NCBI RefSeq assembly: GCF_009914755.1 | Contig: NC_060939.1 | Origin: the human T2T-CHM13v2.0 reference genome, Homo sapiens | Strand: one strand, 5' to 3' | Length of the DNA: 64,000 nt | Shown here: piece after piece, positions 55,465-64,000 of the stretch | How positions within the stretch are numbered: position 1 is the stretch's first letter | Layout of the letters: every line of letters begins with the position of its first letter | Notes under the pieces: model-generated | The model's database searches: none | Seen by the model: the letters and a program-made list of their open reading frames with translations, nothing else | What the model was told of the DNA's origin: nothing | Made by a program: the position numbers and the translations under genes

Positions 55465-55988
55465 GTACTTTAAAATAAACTTTATTTTTTAGGGCAATTT
55501 TAGTTTTACAGAAAACTTGAGGAGATAGTACAGGGAGTTTCCATAAACCCAAATCCAATTTTCCCTCTTAATAACATCTCATTTTAGTATGACACATTTG
55601 TTTCAATCAATAAACAGTATTGATATTATCAACTAAAGTCCATACTTTATTCACATTTCCTTAGCTTTACCTATTGTCTTTTTTTCTGTTCCAGGATCCT
55701 ACCAAGGATATCATGTTACATTTAGTTGTCATGTCTCACTAGGCCACTCTTGGCTGTGATTATTTCTCAGAATTTCATTGTTTTTAATTATTTTGACTAT
55801 TTTGAGAATTATTGATCAGGTATTTGTAAGATGCTCCCCTATTAAAATTTTTCTGATGTTTTTGTCATAATTATGGGTTTGGGGAAGATGAGCACAGAAG
55901 TGCAATTTTCATTATAACATATCAAGGACACATATGATTAATATTACTTATCATTGTTGATGTTAAGCTTGATCATCTGGCTGAGATC
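55465..55988 (-). mobile_element. L1MC4-like 3' end inserted in the MIR
   Basis: aactttattttttagggcaattttagttttacagaaaa...ttctgttccaggatcc...catttagttgtcatgtctc. Confidence 0.75.
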
Positions 55989-56139
55989 TTCGTAACATTT
56001 TGACAGGATTAAGCCAAGCAGTGGCATGTGAAGATACACCCAGCACAATGCCTGGAGCACAAGAGGGGTTCAATTACCCTTGAGTCTCACTTGTCTTTCT
56101 CACCTATACTTGTATTAAATTGTCATGATTTTTTTGTGC

Positions 56140-56252
56140 CTTGGTTATGGTATCACTGGTATATACCTATGTCCAAACTCATCAAAATGTATATACTAAA
56201 TATGTGCAATATTTGGTATATCAATTATATATCAAAAAAGCCTTTAAAAAAG
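56140..56252 (+). mobile_element. Old L1M extreme 3' end
   Basis: gtccaaactcatcaaaatgtatatactaaatatgtgca...tcaattata. Confidence 0.65.
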
Positions 56253-56569
56253 AAAGTAGATGTTACCTATTAGCTGAATTATGAGCAACTATCTCCTCCA
56301 CTATATTCATCCATCAATTTATCAAATGTTCAGGAGCTATAATGTACTGGACAAAAACACCAAAGAATTTTTATTTCTGGATTCTTAGTTCTTTCAATAC
56401 ACTTCTGCTTGGCCTTAGGAAAAGTAATGAGTCTTTATCTTGATCTAGGCTTTATCATATATTTATTCACATATATTCAAGTACCTACTGTAAGCTGATC
56501 TTTGCCTTTGTTGAGCCTGTCCTCTGACCCCACACACCAGGTTTGCACACTGTGGCTTTTCCTTTCATA

Positions 56570-56710
56570 GCCATCAAGGTACAATGTCCGCTTGAACCCT
56601 GAGTTTCATGCAAGAGGGAACCACACTTGTTTATGGGGTATCCCCGACACTTATCACATGGCTGGCACATATTAATGCTAAAATACTTTTGAATAGAGTA
56701 ATGAATTAAT
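56570..56710 (+). mobile_element. L2 3' end
   Basis: gtatccccgacacttatcacatggctggcacata...gaatagagtaatgaat. Confidence 0.55.
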
Positions 56711-56749
56711 TTTATGATGGAAGAGGGTCCTTAATATTTATTTTTAAAT

Positions 56750-56886
56750 TTAATTTCTCAGAGTGGTAAGATGGGAAAGCATATTCATGGGGATTAAATG
56801 GTTTGCCCAAAGTCATACCAGTATGGCTCAGTGCCAGGCCTTGATACTACCTCTTTCGATTTTGTGTGCAGTGTCCTTTTCACTAG
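56750..56886 (-). mobile_element. MIR fragment
   Basis: ttaaatggtttgcccaaagtcataccag...cagtgtccttttcacta. Confidence 0.55.
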
Positions 56887-59800
56887 AAAGAGATGTTTTC
56901 AATCAAGGGTCTATGCTAGGTAATGTGGGCATATAAAGATATATAATCATATCTATTTCTTAGGGGTTAGAGGATGAATTAATGTATTTCGAAGGCAGTA
57001 GGAAAAGAAAAGGTGCTATGAAAGTATAAAGTATTATTAATACTGAGTGTTGGAAAGACATGATTGAATTTTTTAAGAACTAGATATATTTAAGAAAAAA
57101 GAGTTCCCAACCAACCTGTCTCAGAATATTCTACTTCATGTATGAAAAATGCTTGAAGAGGGACAGTTAGAACCAAGACCTCGTTTATGAGCCAGAAGCT
57201 GACTGCCTCTCTATGGAGCACAGTGAGTTCCCCAGACATCCCTCCAGCCCCAGAGCAGCTAGTTTTAAAAATAATTCCAGGCATTTGGTAATAAAACAAT
57301 AGCCAATTGGAGAACTTGTTGGGATTTATTTCATTTGGAGGATGTTAATGAGTTTTTAAAATTTAAGCAAGTGGTCGGAATAATGTATCTCATGCCAAAG
57401 CTCATAAGTTATTAAACAAACGTGAGTTTACTCAGTTGGAAAATAGTAAGACATGGTTGAGTCTACATAATTTCCTTTTTAACTCTCATGACTCTCTGAA
57501 GAGCCTACTCCATGGCTTCCCTTACCTCAAGTTGAGTCTATCATGGGCTCAGGCCAGAGGCAGAGTCTGGTTCTTTAGACTGTATTGAATGTAAAATTTC
57601 CAGATCAGCCTGGTTTCTGGACATGACTGTTATTCCCCCATCAGTTAACTCCCAGTTCATCCTAATTCTTCTTCTACTTTTTTATCTGACCAGTTATAAT
57701 ATGGATATCTGTTAATAGTAGTAAGTGCTTTAACCGTTGATGCCTGAGAGGGGTCAGTTTGGAATTTATTATATTAACTGGTTAAAGAAGTCCCAGATTT
57801 CATATTTGAGAGGTTTCTTTAAAATTGGTAGTATGCTGTTTGCTATTTCTTTTATTTAATATGTATGTTTAGAAGTGGATTTAAGAATCAAAATGAGATG
57901 GCATTTTTCATTCTATCTAAATGAATAATTAGGTAGATGAGTTATCTATAGATCATTTATCTGTTAGAAGATCTAACAAGAATGCCAAAAAGCTTGTTAG
58001 GAAATATTTTGCAAACAAACGGACCTAAAAATAAGTTTGATTTTGGTCCCAATTATAGTGACTTCTTTGGAAAAGCCATTTTTGTGGAATTCAAGCTGCT
58101 ATCTATCACAGAAACAGTACTTAGGATCACTTGCATTTCTGGAACCCTGTGCTGTACTATTATCTGTATTTACTGCACTTTAGGAAGTAGACCAATGTTT
58201 ATTATACTAGATAAAAATTTCAATAGATAAATAATTTAAGTGCTTGTCTCTACTAAACAATTTTAATTCAAGCAATGGGTTATATGAGTTTGCCAAGTAA
58301 TGAAGAAAACCCCTTAATTTTCTTTATGTGCTTTGGAAAGTAATTTCAATAGATGACAAATTTACTCTTCTTTCCTGACTTAAATTTCTCTTATGTATTT
58401 CCAATGATAAATATTTTATTCCACTGATATTTTATAACTTCATATGCATCATTTTTGAGGTGGAGATTGCGAAGTTCAAACAGAGAAGAGATGTTGGAGT
58501 AAGATGATACCTTTTACTGGGAGCAGAAAGACTGCCCATTAAGGTCCCATCTGGGCACTAATTCTGCATCAAACAATTTGACCATTAGCTCTAAAAGATC
58601 TCCCTCCACATAAACAACATGGAATTTATTTCACATCATCTCACCCCTAGTTGCATTAAGTTTAAAATGTTGATTTATTTGGTTGGACTACTGACAACTG
58701 TAGACTGAGCTGACCATAAAACTATATTTAGATGTAATTCTTCAAAAGGCCAAAGGGTAACAATTTATCCACTTAGTCTTGTAGGAATTAATTTTTCGAT
58801 TTGACTATTCATAGCATCATTAATGAAGAAAAGCCGCAAGAGAAAACAGACCATTTTCAGGAATGTGATTCAGAACATTAACACCTTAATTTACATAAAA
58901 TTAGTTACATACTGCTGCAGTAATTTAATTTGTTTGACCAGTACTTTGCAACTGTGAAAAATAGATTCAGAAAGGCCAAACAAGGAGTTCTATATATTTT
59001 CTCCAAATGACTAGTCTCAGAATAATATGAAAGAGAGAGAATTAATTACAAGACGATTCAGAATACCATAGTGGCAGCTTTGAAATGCATGAATTAGGAA
59101 TACATTCTTCTTTTATTCCTTCTTCTTCAAAAATCGTCATAAAATGCCCGCTTCATGCCTGAAATAACTTCCATATTTTCTCCAGGTTTCATTACAGTTG
59201 CATAAGTAATAATAATAAAACTAAGAGTGTATGATATGCATTGTTGTCAGATAAAAACCTAAATCAATCTAGTTTTACCAATAATAACATCACTTAGTAT
59301 AACACATAGGTGTTAAGCACAAAATGGTATAACTAATATCATATATTGTTAATCTGTTAACATCCAACACTTAACCACTCTAACTTCTAGATGTGAAGCA
59401 TAATTAATTTGAACTTTTAATAATTAGATGTTTGCTTTTAAAAATTAGTCCTTTGTGAACATAAACATCAAGGTTTTCCATTTTTCCTATCTTCATAGTT
59501 TTTCCAGCTTTTAAAAATATTTTGCACGTCAAATATATTTTCTACATAAAAATATATTTATAATTCAAAATTTCCTTATTATTAATATCACTTACAGCTG
59601 TACTTAATGCTTCTTTCCACCTAATATGCCTTATAAAGGTCCAAATTATGACTTCGTATGTGCGATTTTCTTAAATTATAGTTTTATTTTAAGTATCCAC
59701 TTATAGCCAGGTTTAATTGATGAGGGTAACCATTTCTTCATTTTCTCTCCCACTAGCTATGGATTTGAGGCTAAATTATTTTAGCTCTGCTTTATATTTT

Positions 59801-60329
59801 TGATGTAATCAGAAAAATCATTTGTTCATTTTGTCTATTAAATGCCTGGTCTGCGAAGTGATAGTATTGATATGGTCGGAAGTATCCCAGGTTGAGGTAG
59901 AAGGTAATTGCTATCTAATAGTCTTTGTTTTACTGACAGCATTTCTATTTTGAAGTATTTTTTGAATTGGCTAATTAAGTTTATCTTTTGAATATATAGG
60001 ACAATTCTTAAGTTATTGTTGATACCTTCCCTGTCAGACAGGTTATATATCATTTTCAATGAAGGGAAGAAAAAGTTTTGTCATTCACCTGGTTCTGTGA
60101 GAGAACAGTGAGGATTAACAACAACGAAAACCATATAAAACATTGTAAATACTTTTTCTTTTCTAATACATCATTTTCCAAATTTTAACTGGATCTAAAC
60201 TGTAAATTGAATAATATCTTTAAAGTTATCCTCTAGTCCCATTGCCATGACGATATCTCTTCCTGATAACTTTCTAAAATAGAATGCAATGTGGTGGGGT
60301 GTTTTGAAATTCAGGGAGCTTGGATTTGG

Positions 60330-60445
60330 TTTTGATTTAGATTTAGCCCAATGACTTTGGGTTAGTTCACTAATCATTTCTGAGCCTGGATTTCCTCTTG
60401 GGTGAAATGAGGGTTTTAGATGTGATGGTCTGTAGGATCTCTTCG
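60330..60445 (+). mobile_element. MIR3-like fragment
   Basis: tgactttgggttagttcactaatc..tctgagcctggatttcctc...aaatgaggg..tagatgtgatggtct. Confidence 0.55.
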
Positions 60446-61328
60446 GGTTCACTAAACTCAGCATTTGATACGGTATTTTTGTTTGTTTATTTGTTTGGTA
60501 CATTTAATTTTTTAAAGGATGACACAGCTGAATATAAGCAGGATTATGGACATGACTGAGGTGGAAGGGCAGTGTCATTTTAAAAGGTGAGTTACAGAGA
60601 GCCACCTACTTATGTGGTGAAGGAAGGTGGGCAGAGGAGCAGAAGGACACAGAGACAAGCTCTCAATTGCCTTGCTCTATTTTCATTGATTCTTGACTTT
60701 AGTCTTCTTTCTAGTAGAACACCAAGACAAGAGTGCTATAGAAGAACAGATTATTCAATTTCAAAACTCACTTTATTGAGATTATGTTTTGCTACGGCAA
60801 ATTTGCCCCAGGAATACGTTATAACATTGGGCAAATGTTGCACTGTCTTTTGAATTTGGTAACCTTGTATTTTACCATGCCTTCCACTAAAGAAAAAATC
60901 AGCCACTATAATCACAAAGCTTTGGATTCCTAAAATATAAACACAATGTCTGCTTCTTTCAGTGTATTTATGTCATTGCTTTGACTTTATTAATTAAAAA
61001 GCTCCCTTATGGAAATAGTATGTGTCCCCACAATTAAGTTTGCCTCAAAATAAACCAAATTTCAAAAGGATCAAAATCAATGAAGATAATTTAAAAAGTA
61101 GAAAATGACTTCCACAAATCAGCTCTCTGGCGTAGTGTGCAATACTCTATGAGCCCTGGAAAGCTTCCTCATCTAGTCATTTGTGAGAGTGTAGGTCAAA
61201 TGATTTGCTGAATCTAACTTTTATTGATCAGATGCTGTTTTACGGAGCATGCGCTGAACATTATTGGTAAAATGATAAGACTTTTCTTGAATAATACATG
61301 GTTTGTGCCTTAAGCAGAATGATGTTAA

Positions 61329-61357
61329 ATGTGTGCGCGCACACACACACACACACC
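61329..61357. repeat. Alternating purine-pyrimidine (TG)(CG)(CA)n tract
   Basis: atgtgtgcgcgcacacacacacacacac. Confidence 0.85.
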
Positions 61358-63344
61358 CCTTTCAAACCTAAAATGGAGTAGACAACTGAATAAAAGAGCA
61401 AACTTCCATCGTAGTACAATAGTAATGTGGAGAAACTGAACTGTTAAATCAAATCCATGAAATTCATTTTCTTTGTACAACATTAAAATATATCCCAGAA
61501 AATGGCAGAGCAATCCAATAAAAGAACAGGCTCTGAAAAGAGGAATTTGTTTGCAACAAGGTCACACATTTAATAGAGTTCTACAGTTTTGATCACATTT
61601 AGAATTCTATTGCTCTTTGTTAAATTTTCTCAGAATTTTTCAAAGTTTTTGTCATTTCTTTGAAATATATGAACCTTTTAACGTATAGATAATTTATTCA
61701 GCACCTACATTTAAATGCTCCGTAGGTGTAATTTTTCTATTAAGTTTTCTTCCCTAGCTGCTTTTACTTTATCTCAAATAGATTATTTGGGATAATCATT
61801 GTCAACAAATTATAACAGGACTGATCTGTTAGAGGATCAGTTCTTAGCTTCATTTCAATATTTTAACGATTTGCATAATAATTTTGCAGGAAGGAAACTT
61901 TCTGTGACTCATTGTTTCAGGAAAATGGTCAGAATACTTTTAATATTATTAATTGTATTTACAATAGAACAGAAAATAATTCTAATATGAACTTATGAAT
62001 ATGAACATGAGGCTGTTTATGCCCCTGCATTGTTATTTTTCCCAGAAAATGTCTGAACAAATTGAGGGTAATTAAGTATGAATGAAGATAGTTATGTTAT
62101 TTTTCAAAATGAAACAGACTTTCAAATAGCTCTAAAGGCACAAGCTTTTTTCTACCTTTACTAATATTACCAATTATAAAGATTTATTTTATCCAGAGAA
62201 TAATATTTTGTTTACAAAAATCCATAATTATGCTTAATGTTGTGTTAGAAAATATATTTTTACCTCAATCTGAACTACATTAAAAGTGTTCTGCCTTAAG
62301 TCTGTAGTCAATTATAATTGTTTGGTAAAAAATATTTATCTGTGTAAGGATATAGTGCTTATAACAGGAGTTCTCCGATAAGCATGCAAATTTTGGCTGA
62401 AAACTACAAAGAGAAAGAGTGTTTTCCTCGTGTACATTTTCTGCATTCTTTTTCCTTTTTTTAAACGGAGAATATTGGGCTGTTTCCAATTAAATTGAAA
62501 TGTGGCATGGAAGTTATCAATCAAATGTAATTATTTTGTGCAAAACAATATCACGTACAAAATTAGCATGTGCAACAGGGGAGAAGTGTCAGAACATATC
62601 AGTTGTTCCTGGGACAGCTCATCTCTTGTTGAAGTGATGAAATTCTGGAAGCATTGTTCTGGGCTGCCTGGTATCACCCACTTTGGCCCTCTTTCCTCAG
62701 GTTCATTTCCCTCAGTGGCTGCTTTTGGGTGCTTTCTGTACAGGATGCAGAAGGGGAATCAGAACGGAACTGTGTAAGGTCACCAGTACCTTCTTCATGG
62801 TCCTACCAGGAATCCTTACCTCAATCTCATTTAGACAGCACCAACTAGCATTCTATGTGTAGAATTTTGGCAGACGGTGATAGAGAAGGTAAAGCGTGAT
62901 TCCACAGTTTCCCTCATACCATTTCCTCATCCTTCTCTGCCACACACATCTCATGTGCAGCAGGACTCTGGCTGCCTGAGGCCTCATGCATCGTGGCATC
63001 CGGTGGAGCTTGGAAAGTCTTCACAGTTGGCTTTGGGCCTGTGCCTTCCAATAGCCAGCATCCTCAACAAGACCTTCGTGATTCAGCCTTGCCCACTTCT
63101 GCTGTGTCACATGCCTTCCATCCCACTCCCAACCCCAGGCACCTTGACTCTGATCACTCTGACCTTGTCTCTGTTTCTGATGCATGCTTAGCTCTTTCTC
63201 AATCCTGAGTTGCTGGCATCTTTGTCTCTTCCTAGAAGCCCCTTTATATCAGTCCTCACCTGTGCCAATATCACTAATCCTTTCAATTTCAGCTTCACAA
63301 TCATTTTCTCCAAGTTGCCTTCCTCTGATGCCTCATTCTAAATT

Positions 63345-63675
63345 ATTTTTATTTTTATTTTATTTTTAAATTTTAATTTTATTTTATTTTTCTTAGACAG
63401 AGTCTTGCTCTGTTGCCCAGGCTGGAGTACAGTGGCACGATCTCTGCTCACCACAACCTCTGCCTCCTGGGCTCAACCGATTCTCCTGCCTTAGCCTCCT
63501 GAGAAGCTGAGATTACAGGTGTGCGCCAACATGCCTGGCTAATTTTTGTATTTTTAGTAGAGCCGGGGTTTCACCATGTTGGCCAGGTTGGTCTCAACCT
63601 CTTGACCTCAGGTGATTTGCCCGCCTCACCCTCCCAAAATGCTGGGATTGCAGGTGTGAACCACTGTGCCTGGCC
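63345..63675 (-). mobile_element. AluS (Sx-like) with 13-bp TSD ctcattctaaatt
   Basis: Antisense Alu ending tggcc at 63675; TSD at 63332-63344 and 63676-63688. Confidence 0.95.
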
Positions 63676-63779
63676 CTCATTCTAAATTTGATTTTCCCAA
63701 TAACTCCATTAAGTTAATCTTTCTCTTAAACACCCTATTTTTATTCTTCACAATTCTCATTTTTCAATGATTCGTGTAA

Positions 63780-63910
63780 TGCCTGGTGCCCTGATTATTT
63801 TGTATGCTACATAAAGTCAGGGATATTTCTTTTCCACCACTGTATCCCCAGCACTTATTTCAGTGTCTGATGTTTAATAGGTACTCATTAAATTTTGTCA
63901 AAAAATTAAA
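63780..63910 (+). mobile_element. L2 3' end
   Basis: cactgtatccccagcactta..cagtgtctga...ataggtactcattaaatttt. Confidence 0.65.
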
Positions 63911-64000
63911 ATAGTTAATGTTAGAGCCATAGATTGAAACTAAGACATCTATTCTTACTCATATTCTTACCCCACCATGACCAGCCTTCCATTAATAGCT

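Noticed and set aside
58021-58049. Small hairpin ggacctaaaa...ttttggtcc
   Set aside because: Short imperfect stem, within chance expectation.

Overview
Primate (human-like) non-coding, AT-rich genomic DNA. No host protein-coding gene, RNA gene or CpG island can be supported. Every ORF I can recognise is a LINE-1 ORF1/ORF2/ORF0 remnant or an Alu/LTR artefact. The first 14 kb hold scattered ancient repeats: MER20, a two-LTR MaLR provirus, MIRs, Tigger3b, L2, and nested L1M/MLT2. From 14.5 to 42.5 kb the window is an almost pure, nested LINE-1 pile-up. It contains a full-length minus-strand L1PA3/4-type element with an 844-codon EN+RT ORF2 segment. It also contains an old near-full-length L1MC-like host interrupted by a 5'-truncated L1PA, Alus, and a head-to-tail L1PA8/L1PA7/AluY composite. 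From 43 to 64 kb the sequence is mostly unique with sparse SINE/LINE fragments. I see no new biological system. The notable signals concern transposon history: a probable L1 3' transduction, a composite L1-L1-Alu cassette with missing 3' ends, non-consensus variants shared by two neighbouring L1s, a 53-bp fold-back inverted duplication, and three ORF0 homologues. Subfamily names come from my recall of consensus sequences, not from a RepeatMasker run, and boundaries of old repeats are approximate.
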